Of a DNA stretch of 64,000 nt, positions 38,219 through 47,544 are shown piece by piece. Numbering within the stretch: position 1 is the first letter of the stretch; every line of letters starts with the position of its first letter. Made by a program: the position numbers and the translations under genes. The stretch is from Bradyrhizobium sp. (GTDB lineage Bacteria; Pseudomonadota; Alphaproteobacteria; Rhizobiales; Xanthobacteraceae), in the NCBI RefSeq assembly GCF_004799405.1, contig NZ_SSMW01000130.1, forward strand, positions 29,238 to 93,237, in the 5' to 3' direction. Below the pieces are notes generated by a model. It did not search any database, was not told the origin of the DNA, and saw nothing but the letters and a program-made list of their open reading frames with translations.

Positions 38219-38534
38219 CGATGGTCCCTGGCAAAATCAACCGCCTTTGTGCCGGTTCGTCTGACGCTTTCGCGAGACGAACCCTTGAGCAGATAAAGGG
38301 GCGGATCAGGCGCCGCTGGCTTGAACGGACGGCGCCCGGTGAACTGGAGGCCGCGTTCTAGCATGAGGCAAGGGTCAAAAAGCAAGCGTCTTGAACATCC
38401 GGCAATGCGTTCAAGGCGTTAGCTGTCCGATTGCCCGCGGACGCGCGGATCGCCAATTGCCACAGCGTCTGAACAGGCCGACAAGATTGCCGACAAGTCT
38501 CACAAACCGTCTTTAAGGTATTATCATACTTCAT

Positions 38535-39701
38535 ATGCCCAACCGCGTTTATCTCGACTGGAATGCGACCACGCCGCTGCGCCCTGAGGCCAGGGAGGCG
38601 ATGGCCGCGGCATGGGAGCTAAGCGGCAATCCCTCGTCGGTGCATGCCGAAGGCCGCCAGGCCCGCAGGCTGGTCGAGGAAGCGAGGACCCTGCTGGCGG
38701 ACGCGATCGGTGCCCTGCCGCGAAACGTCATCTTTACGTCTGGCGGAACCGAGGCCAACGCGCTGGCGCTGACGCCCGGGTTGCGGCGGGGTTCCGCGCC
38801 TTCGGTCGGAAGGTTGCTGGTTTCGGCCATCGAGCACGCCTCGGTCCTCGCGGGCGGGCGATTTCCGGCCGAGGCGATTGGCACCATCGGTGTGACGCCC
38901 GCTGGCCTTGTGGATCTAGACAGCCTGCGCGCGATGCTCGATGGCGGCCCGCCGGCGCTGGTGTCGGTGATGCTGGCCAACAACGAAACCGGGGCGGTGC
39001 AGCCGGTCGCGGAGGTGGGCGAGATCGTCCATGCCGCCGGCGGATTGCTGCATGTCGATGCGATCCAGGCGTTTGGGAAAATTGCTTTCGATATCAATGC
39101 GATGAATGCCGATCTGATGACGCTATCGGCGCATAAGATCGGCGGGCCGAAAGGAATTGGCGCGGTGATTTTGGCCGAGGGGACGGCTGGACTTGAACCG
39201 CTGCTGCGCGGCGGCGGCCAGGAACTGGGACGCCGGGCGGGAACCGAGAACGTGGCGGGAATTGCGGGGTTTGGCGCCGCCGTCGGGGCTGCTATGGCCG
39301 CGTTATCGGTTGACGCGATCCGCGTCGAAAGCTTGCGAAACCGGCTGGAGCGGGGCCTGCGGCAGGCCCCCGAAGTCATCGTATTCGCCGAAAATGTGCC
39401 GCGGCTGCCGAATACCACGCTTTTCACAGTGCCCGGCCTCAAGGCGGAGACCGCGGTGATCGGATTTGACCTCGCGGGGATCGCGGTATCGTCCGGTTCG
39501 GCATGTTCCTCCGGAAAGGTGCAGCCATCCCACGTGCTGGAATCCATGGGATTTGGCCCGAAACTGGCTCAGGGAGCCGTGCGGCTCAGTCTGGGCTGGT
39601 CTACGTCCGAGGGGGACATCGATCGCTGCCTGCAGGCTTGGCGAAAGCTCCGTGGCACCTTACTTAAAGGGAGCGACGAAACACGGCTTGAACGATTCTA
39701 A
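38535..39701 (+). CDS. cysteine desulfurase, NifS/IscS-like (class V aminotransferase, group I)
   Basis: 388 aa with PLP-lysine region SAHKIGGPKGIGA and active-site loop SSGSACSSG. It heads the suf cluster. Confidence 0.85.
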   Translation: MPNRVYLDWNATTPLRPEAREAMAAAWELSGNPSSVHAEGRQARRLVEEARTLLADAIGALPRNVIFTSGGTEANALALTPGLRRGSAPSVGRLLVSAIEHASVLAGGRFPAEAIGTIGVTPAGLVDLDSLRAMLDGGPPALVSVMLANNETGAVQPVAEVGEIVHAAGGLLHVDAIQAFGKIAFDINAMNADLMTLSAHKIGGPKGIGAVILAEGTAGLEPLLRGGGQELGRRAGTENVAGIAGFGAAVGAAMAALSVDAIRVESLRNRLERGLRQAPEVIVFAENVPRLPNTTLFTVPGLKAETAVIGFDLAGIAVSSGSACSSGKVQPSHVLESMGFGPKLAQGAVRLSLGWSTSEGDIDRCLQAWRKLRGTLLKGSDETRLERF

Positions 39702-39786
39702 GCAGGTGATTTCGTCCCGGAAACATCGTAATAGTCTTTCGGAATTGATCCACCGCGGTCCTTGAAACCGCGAGCGGAGGAATGGA

Positions 39787-41265
<1,479 letters not shown>

Positions 41266-41269
41266 AGGG

Positions 41270-41374
41270 CATCATCCTGAGGTGCTTGCGAAGCAAGCCT
41301 CGAAGGATGGCGGCAGCGAAAACCAACGATCATCCTTCGAGGCTCGCCGAAGATGGCTCGCACCTCAGGATGAC
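41270..41374. repeat. ~105-bp nested palindromic element between sufB and sufC
   Basis: Outer arms TCATCCTGAGGTGC (41273-41286) and GCACCTCAGGATGA (41360-41373). Inner arms GCCTCGAAGGATG (41297-41309) and CATCCTTCGAGGC (41331-41343). Local hairpin GCTTGC-GAA-GCAAGC. Confidence 0.8.
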
Positions 41375-41392
41375 GGAGAAGGATAGACGAGA

Positions 41393-42145
41393 ATGCCACT
41401 ACTCGAAGTAAGAAATCTGCAGGTCCGTGTCGAGGAGCGTGAGATTCTCCACGGGCTTTCGCTTGTCGTGAACAAGGGCGAAGTCCACGCCATCATGGGG
41501 CCGAACGGCTCCGGCAAATCGACGCTGAGCCATGTCATCGCCGGCAAGCCGGGCTATGAAGTCACCGGCGGCGAAATCCTGTTCGAGGGCGAAGACCTGC
41601 TGGCAATGTCGCCGGAGGAGCGTTCCGCCAAGGGCGTATTCCTCGCGTTCCAGTATCCGGTGGAAATTCCCGGCGTGACGACGATGACCTTCCTGCGCAC
41701 CGCGCTCAATGCCCAGCGCAAGGCACGGGGTCAAACCGAATTTCTGGTACCGGACTTTCTCAGGAAAGTGCGCAAGGTGGCGGACTCGCTCAATATTCCC
41801 ATGGACATGCTCAAGCGCGGCGTCAATGTCGGGTTCTCCGGTGGCGAAAAGAAGCGCAACGAGATCTTGCAGATGGCGCTGTTCGAGCCGAGCCTGTGCA
41901 TCCTGGACGAGATGGATTCCGGCCTCGATATCGACGCGCTGCGAGTTGCCGCCGACGGCGTCAACGCGCTGCGCTCGCCCGACCGGGCGGTGGTGGTGAT
42001 CACGCATTACCAGCGGCTGTTGAACTACATCGTGCCCGACTTCGTGCATGTGATGTCGAAGGGACGGGTCGTCAAAAGCGGCGGCAAGGAACTGGCGCTG
42101 GAGCTCGAGGCTTCCGGCTACGCCAGGTTCGACGACGCGGCCTGA
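41393..42145 (+). CDS. sufC: Fe-S cluster assembly ATPase SufC
   Basis: 250 aa with Walker A GPNGSGKST, ABC signature FSGGEKKR and Walker B CILDEMDSGLD. Confidence 0.95.
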   Translation: MPLLEVRNLQVRVEEREILHGLSLVVNKGEVHAIMGPNGSGKSTLSHVIAGKPGYEVTGGEILFEGEDLLAMSPEERSAKGVFLAFQYPVEIPGVTTMTFLRTALNAQRKARGQTEFLVPDFLRKVRKVADSLNIPMDMLKRGVNVGFSGGEKKRNEILQMALFEPSLCILDEMDSGLDIDALRVAADGVNALRSPDRAVVVITHYQRLLNYIVPDFVHVMSKGRVVKSGGKELALELEASGYARFDDAA

Positions 42146-42164
42146 GCTTTGAAGCGGATTTGAA

Positions 42165-43490
42165 ATGAACGTCGTACTGGCCAAAACCGACACCGGACGC
42201 GCGCTGAGCGACAGCTTTGCGCTAGCACGTGCGCGGCTGCCGGGCGCGGGCAAGGTCGCCGATCTCAGGCGGCAGGCGTTCGATGCCTACGAACGCGCAG
42301 GGCTGCCTCATCGCCGGATCGAGGACTGGAAATACACGGATTTACGCGTGCTGATGCGCGAGGTATTGCCGCTCGCGGCAGCACCGGATCGGGCCGCGTT
42401 GACGCGCGCGGATGCGGCCTTGAAGCTGCACGCGATCAAGAGTGTGCGCCGGCTGGTGCTGGTCGACGGCGTATTCGCGCCAAAGCTGTCCGATACGGCC
42501 GATCTTGAAAACGGCCTTGGCATTCGCACCCTGCGCGAGGTGCTGGAAGGCGGCGACGCGGCGCTGCAGGCGCAATTGTTCACCCCCGATAACTCCGATT
42601 CCATGGTGGCGCTGAACAGCGCGATGGTGACGGACGGACTCGTCATCGAGGTCGCCGATGGCGCCGTGCTCACGCAACCCCTGCATATCGTCCATATCGC
42701 CAGCGGCGGCACGCCCGCCGCGATGTTCACCCGCTCCTTGCTGCGTCTCGGCAAGGCCGCAGGCGCGACGCTGGTGGAAAGCTATATCGCCACTGAGGGC
42801 GCCAAAGCCTATCAGGTCCACGACTCGCTCGTGATCTCGATCGGCGACGATGCCCGGCTCCACCATGTGCGCCTGATCGAAGATGGCCGCGAGGCCTTCA
42901 ACATTTCCTCGGCCGTGGTCACGCTGGGTGCCCATGCGCATTTCAATACCTTCGGCATGACCAGCGGCGCGAGTGTCAGCCGCTACCAGGCGGTCGTGGT
43001 GTTTGCCGGCAAGGGCTCGCGAGTCGAGACCAACGGCGTCAACCTGCTCAATGGCCGCCAGCATGCCGATACCACGCTGTTCCTGGACCATGCGGTGCCG
43101 AACTGCGCCAGCCGCGAGATCTTCCGCGCAGTGGTCGACGACCGCGGCCATTCGGTATTTCAGGGCCGCATCATCGTCCGCCCCGGGGCGCAGAAGACCG
43201 ACGCCAAGATGATGACGCGGGCGCTGTTGTTGTCCGACGAGGCCGAGGCCGACAACAAGCCCGAACTGGAGATTTTCGCTGACGACGTCACCTGCGGCCA
43301 CGGCGCCACCACCGGCGCGCTCGATGAGAGCCTGCTGTTTTATCTTCGCGCACGCGGTCTTTCGGAGACGGAAGCGCAGGCGCTGCTGATCCAGGCCTTT
43401 GTCGGCGAAGCCATCGAATCCATCGTCAATGACGACTTGCGCGAGCTTGCGATCGCAGCGGCGCAACGCTGGCTGGCGGCACGGGGTTGA
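42165..43490 (+). CDS. sufD: Fe-S cluster assembly protein SufD
   Basis: 441 aa with C-terminal similarity to the SufB/SufD beta-helix (ADDVTCGHGATTGALDE). It lies between sufC and sufS. Confidence 0.85.
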   Translation: MNVVLAKTDTGRALSDSFALARARLPGAGKVADLRRQAFDAYERAGLPHRRIEDWKYTDLRVLMREVLPLAAAPDRAALTRADAALKLHAIKSVRRLVLVDGVFAPKLSDTADLENGLGIRTLREVLEGGDAALQAQLFTPDNSDSMVALNSAMVTDGLVIEVADGAVLTQPLHIVHIASGGTPAAMFTRSLLRLGKAAGATLVESYIATEGAKAYQVHDSLVISIGDDARLHHVRLIEDGREAFNISSAVVTLGAHAHFNTFGMTSGASVSRYQAVVVFAGKGSRVETNGVNLLNGRQHADTTLFLDHAVPNCASREIFRAVVDDRGHSVFQGRIIVRPGAQKTDAKMMTRALLLSDEAEADNKPELEIFADDVTCGHGATTGALDESLLFYLRARGLSETEAQALLIQAFVGEAIESIVNDDLRELAIAAAQRWLAARG

Positions 43491-44734
43491 TCATGCATCC
43501 GGCGGTCTCAAACGGTTCCTATGACGTCACCCGGGTGCGGCAGGATTTCCCCGCACTGGCGCTGAAGGTCTATGGCAAGCAGCTGGTCTATCTCGACAAT
43601 GCCGCATCGGCGCAGAAGCCCTATGCGGTGCTCGATCGCATGACCGAGGCCTACAAAAGCGAATACGCCAATGTGCATCGCGGGCTGCATTACCTGGCAA
43701 ATGCTGCGACCGAGGCCTATGAGGGTGGCCGCGCCAAGGTCGCGAAATTCCTCAACGCCAGGCGAAACGAGGAGATCGTCTTCACCCGCAACGCCACCGA
43801 GGCGATCAACCTCGTGGCGTCGTCATGGGGCGAACCCAACATCGGGGCCGGCGACGAGATCGTGCTCTCGATCATGGAGCATCACTCCAATATCGTACCC
43901 TGGCATTTTCTCAGGGAACGTCATGGCGCCGTCATCAGGTGGGCGCCGGTCGACGACGAAGGCAACTTCCTGATCGAGGAATTCGAAAAGCTGCTGACCG
44001 ATCGCACCAGGCTGGTCGCGATCACGCAGATGTCGAACGCGCTCGGCACCCTCGTTCCCGTCAAGGACGTGGTGAGACTGGCGCATGCCCGCGGCATTCC
44101 GGTGCTGATCGACGGCAGCCAGGCCGCCGTGCATCTGGCGATCGACGTGCAGGATATCGACTGCGACTTCTACGTCTTCACCGGCCACAAGCTCTACGGC
44201 CCGACCGGCATCGGCGCGCTCTATGCCAAGCACGAGCATCTGGTGGCGATGCGGCCCTACAATGGCGGCGGCGAGATGATCCGCGAAGTCGCCCAAGACT
44301 GGGTCACCTATGGCGATCCCCCGCACAAATTCGAGGCGGGCACGCCGGCGATCGTCGAGGCCATCGGGCTCGGCGCCGCCATCGATTACGTCAATTCGAT
44401 CGGCAAGGAGCGCATTGCCGCACACGAGCATGGCCTGTTGACCTATGCCCAGGAGCGCCTGCGCGAGATCAACTCGCTGCGCCTGATCGGCACCGCCCGC
44501 GACAAGGGACCGGTGATCTCGTTCGAGATGAAGGGCGCACATCCCCACGATGTCGCGACCGTGATCGACCGGCAGGGCATCGCGGTGCGCGCCGGAACCC
44601 ATTGCGTGATGCCGCTTTTAGAGCGGTTCAACGTGACGGCCACCTGCCGCGCCTCGTTCGGGATGTATAATACCCGCGAGGAAGTCGACCATCTGGCACA
44701 GGCGCTGATCAAGGCGCGGGAATTGTTTTCATGA
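43487..44734 (+). CDS. sufS: cysteine desulfurase SufS (group II)
   Basis: 415 aa with PLP-lysine region GHKLYGPTGIG and active-site RAGTHC. Its start overlaps the sufD stop (ATGA). Confidence 0.92.
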   Translation: MIMHPAVSNGSYDVTRVRQDFPALALKVYGKQLVYLDNAASAQKPYAVLDRMTEAYKSEYANVHRGLHYLANAATEAYEGGRAKVAKFLNARRNEEIVFTRNATEAINLVASSWGEPNIGAGDEIVLSIMEHHSNIVPWHFLRERHGAVIRWAPVDDEGNFLIEEFEKLLTDRTRLVAITQMSNALGTLVPVKDVVRLAHARGIPVLIDGSQAAVHLAIDVQDIDCDFYVFTGHKLYGPTGIGALYAKHEHLVAMRPYNGGGEMIREVAQDWVTYGDPPHKFEAGTPAIVEAIGLGAAIDYVNSIGKERIAAHEHGLLTYAQERLREINSLRLIGTARDKGPVISFEMKGAHPHDVATVIDRQGIAVRAGTHCVMPLLERFNVTATCRASFGMYNTREEVDHLAQALIKARELFS

Positions 44735-45102
44735 CCGACACAGCCGAAGTCAAAACCAGCAACATGCAGACCAATTCGGCGCTGCCGCCGGAGGAGACGG
44801 AACGGCTCGGCGGCGAGATCGTGGCTGCGCTGAAGACCGTGTTCGATCCGGAAATTCCGGCCGATATCTACGAACTCGGCCTGATCTACAAGGTCGATAT
44901 CAAAGACGACCGCGCCGTCGACGTCGAGATGACGCTGACGACGCCGAACTGTCCGGCGGCCGGCGAGTTGCCGACGATGGTCGAGAACGCGGTCGCCAGC
45001 GTGCCCGGGGTCGGCGTGGTCAATGTCAATCTGGTCTGGGACCCGGCATGGACGCCGGACCGGATGAGCGATGAAGCGCGCCTCGTGCTCAATATGTGGT
45101 GA
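44731..45102 (+). CDS. sufT: SUF-associated DUF59 protein (SufT/PaaD-like)
   Basis: 123 aa with motif TLTTPNCPA. Its start overlaps the sufS stop (ATGA). Confidence 0.8.
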   Translation: MTDTAEVKTSNMQTNSALPPEETERLGGEIVAALKTVFDPEIPADIYELGLIYKVDIKDDRAVDVEMTLTTPNCPAAGELPTMVENAVASVPGVGVVNVNLVWDPAWTPDRMSDEARLVLNMW

Positions 45103-45111
45103 GGCAGCAGG

Positions 45112-45156
45112 GCGTTTTCGAGCGCAACGGATACCGGTTCGGGTAAAGAAAAAAGA
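45112..45156. repeat. truncated copy of family A element (arm only, opposite orientation)
   Basis: GCGTTTTCGAGCGCAACGGATACCGGTTCGGGTAAAGAAAAAAGA matches the reverse complement of the 11775-11820 arm almost base for base. The terminal palindrome is absent. Confidence 0.65.
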
Positions 45157-45221
45157 GTGGATTAGCGGCTAACTTCTCACAATATAACGACCGGCATTGA
45201 ATTGCTGTCAGGACTGAACAC

Positions 45222-45626
45222 ATGTCAGACATGACGCCCACTTCCAACACTCCCGCATCCAAGCCGAAGCCGCGGCCCCGTCCGCAGGTCATGAAGCTCA
45301 CCGAAGCCGCCGCACAGCGGATTCAGGAGCTGACCAAGCGCGCCGATTCCGAGATCGTCGGCCTGCGCGTCGGCATCAAGAACGGCGGCTGCGCCGGGCA
45401 GTCCTACACCGTCGAATACGCCCACGACATCAAGCCGACCGATGAGGTCGTCGAGGACAAGGGCGTCAAGATCCTGGTCGATCCCAAGGCCGTGCTGTTC
45501 CTGCTCGGCACCGAGATGGACTACAAGGCTGACAAGATGCAGTCACAGTTCATCTTCAACAACCCCAACCAGACCGGCGCCTGCGGTTGCGGTGAATCGG
45601 TGCAACTGACCGCGGCGAAGATCTAA
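45222..45626 (+). CDS. sufA: A-type Fe-S cluster carrier (HesB/IscA/SufA family)
   Basis: 134 aa with C-terminal CGCGES motif (GACGCGESV) and an upstream conserved Cys in GGCAGQ. Confidence 0.85.
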   Translation: MSDMTPTSNTPASKPKPRPRPQVMKLTEAAAQRIQELTKRADSEIVGLRVGIKNGGCAGQSYTVEYAHDIKPTDEVVEDKGVKILVDPKAVLFLLGTEMDYKADKMQSQFIFNNPNQTGACGCGESVQLTAAKI

Positions 45627-45633
45627 CACGGCT

Positions 45634-45717
45634 GTCGTCCCGGCCTTACGAAGTCGTCGAACATCCCGCTAAACGTGAAGCCGCGGCGTATAGGTCCCGG
45701 CTCAAGACCGGGACGAC
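45634..45717. repeat. inverted-repeat element downstream of sufA
   Basis: 10-bp inverted repeats GTCGTCCCGG (45634-45643) and CCGGGACGAC (45708-45717), with an inner hairpin GTCCCGG-CTCAAGA-CCGGGAC (45694-45714). Confidence 0.5.
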
Positions 45718-45741
45718 GCGTTGAGGTGTGAGCGGAATCCG

Positions 45742-46137
45742 ATGGACCGCGATTTCCTGATCGACCTGTTCGCCGATTTCGGCCCGGTGACGATCCGCCG
45801 GATGTTCTCCGGCTTCGGCATTTCCGCGGATGGCATTCACTTCGCGCTGGCGCTGCGTGGCGGTCTTTACCTGCGCGCCGACGACCAGACCATTCCGCGA
45901 TTCGAGGCCGAAAGGTCGAAGCCGTTTCAATATCAAACCAGGGTCAAGACCGTCACCGTCGGTTCCTATTGGCAGTTGCCGGAACGCTTGTATGACGACC
46001 CCGAGGAACTGACCGATTGGGCGAGGGCGGCGTTGGCCGCCGCACAACGCGCGGCTTTGCGCAAGCGGCCGAAGAAGCGAAAGGCCGTGAAGAAGGCGGT
46101 CAGGAAGAAAGCGCCGAGGAAAAAGTCCGCATCCTGA
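45742..46137 (+). CDS. TfoX/Sxy N-terminal-domain protein with Lys-rich C-terminal tail
   Basis: MDRDFLIDLFADFGPVTIRRMFSGFGISADGIHFALA resembles TfoX_N proteins (from memory). Track ORF trimmed to ATG 45742. The tail is RKRPKKRKAVKKAVRKKAPRKKSAS. Confidence 0.7.
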   Translation: MDRDFLIDLFADFGPVTIRRMFSGFGISADGIHFALALRGGLYLRADDQTIPRFEAERSKPFQYQTRVKTVTVGSYWQLPERLYDDPEELTDWARAALAAAQRAALRKRPKKRKAVKKAVRKKAPRKKSAS

Positions 46138-46149
46138 GAGAGACTGGGT

Positions 46150-46285
46150 CTTTCACCTCTCCCCGCTCGCGGGGAGAGGTCGGATCGCGTAGCGATTCGG
46201 GTGAGGGGGACTCTCCGCGAGTCCGGTGGTTGAGAGAGCCCCTCACCCCAACCCTCTCCCCGCAAGAGCGGGGCAAGGGGGGAAG
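46150..46285. repeat. cluster of GC-rich REP-like hairpins between convergent genes
   Basis: ACCTCTCCCC-GCTCGC-GGGGAGAGGT (46155-46180). GTGAGGGG (46201-46208) pairs with CCCCTCAC (46240-46247). CCCTCTCCCCGC-AAGA-GCGGGGCAAGGGG (46252-46280). Confidence 0.7.
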
Positions 46286-46307
46286 AACGTCCTCATCCTG
46301 CGTAACA

Positions 46308-47420
46308 TCACGCCACCTGGCTGTGGGCCTCGGCGGCGTATTCGGGATCGGCTTCGCAGATGACGCGGTTGCGGCCGTTGCGCTTGGCGGCGTAGAGGCA
46401 GGCGTCCGCGCGCTCGATCAGCGAATCCGTATCGTCGTTCGGTTTCAGCATGGAAACCCCGACCGAGATGGTGACGCGGCCGAGAATTTCGCCGGTGGAC
46501 TTTTTCTTCAGTTCCTTGGCCATCACGGCGCGGCGGATGTGATCGGCGACCGTGAGCGCCTGGCGTAGCGCAGTGTTGGGCAGCACCACCGCGAATTCCT
46601 CGCCGCCGTAGCGGGCGGTGATGTCCTGGCCCTTGATGGTCTGCTTCAGCGACATGCCGACCAGCCGCAGCACCTGGTCCCCGGTGAGATGGCCGTAGCT
46701 GTCGTTGAACGATTTGAAATGGTCGATATCGAACATCAGCAGTGAAAGCGGCTCGCCGTTGGCGAGCGCGTTCTGGACCGCCATGTCGATCGAGCGATCG
46801 AAATATTTGCGGTTGCCAAGGCCGGTCAAGGGGTCGGTGAGGCTTTCGGCCCGGATCGCTTCAAGGCTCCGCTGGAGGTTGCTGATTTCGGATTTCGACA
46901 GCGTCAGCCGGTCCTCGAGCGCCTTGTTGGTGTCGCGCATCTCCTGGGTGGATTTCACGAGCGTCTCCACGATCGCTTTGACCTGATCGCGGTTCTGGGC
47001 GACCGACAGCTTTTGGGTCGCTCCGCTCAGACTGTCGTCGTAGCTCGCCGACATTCCAAGCGCGTCCGTGATGAGCGTCATCACGTCGTCGATCTCGCCG
47101 ATCACGCGCGCGCCGACCTTGTCGATGCGGTCGGTGGTCTTGACCTGGGAAAGATAGGTCTCGTAGATCTGCTCGAGATCGGCCTCGGTCAGCTTGCCGT
47201 TGCGGGCCAGCGTCTCGTTGATGATCTTGTTGAGAGGCGAGTTATATCCGGTGGCGTAGACGTACCAGATTTCAAAATTGCGGGGCACGGCGGTTTGCCG
47301 GAGCGATCTGATCTGGCCCAGTGCGACTTCGGCAAAGGCCATCGTGCGTTCGTATTCGTCGAGCACCTTCACTGATCGCGTCCCCAATAGCGAGCGTTCT
47401 GCCCGCGGTCCCCGCCGCAA
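46308..47420 (-). CDS. diguanylate cyclase (GGDEF domain) with N-terminal coiled-coil sensor region
   Basis: Active site RYGGEEF and a C-terminal GGDEF fold (AAKRNGRNR). The start is uncertain: in-frame GTG near 47372 and ATG 47342 are alternatives. Confidence 0.85.
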   Translation of the reverse strand: MRRGPRAERSLLGTRSVKVLDEYERTMAFAEVALGQIRSLRQTAVPRNFEIWYVYATGYNSPLNKIINETLARNGKLTEADLEQIYETYLSQVKTTDRIDKVGARVIGEIDDVMTLITDALGMSASYDDSLSGATQKLSVAQNRDQVKAIVETLVKSTQEMRDTNKALEDRLTLSKSEISNLQRSLEAIRAESLTDPLTGLGNRKYFDRSIDMAVQNALANGEPLSLLMFDIDHFKSFNDSYGHLTGDQVLRLVGMSLKQTIKGQDITARYGGEEFAVVLPNTALRQALTVADHIRRAVMAKELKKKSTGEILGRVTISVGVSMLKPNDDTDSLIERADACLYAAKRNGRNRVICEADPEYAAEAHSQVA

Positions 47421-47544
47421 TGCCTAAAAATATCGCGGTCAAGCTAACGGACGAGAATGAACGACCGGTAAACGGGCTTCCGGGCCTCTTGGGTGTCAGC
47501 GCTTCTGATTCGGATTCTTGTAACGTTCAGACCCTTGCAAACGT

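Noticed and set aside
38219-38534. Search for an Irr ICE box (TTTAGAA-N3-TTCTAAA) or RirA-type box in front of the suf cluster
   Set aside because: No convincing match was found by eye. Only the unrelated direct repeats reported as a finding are present.
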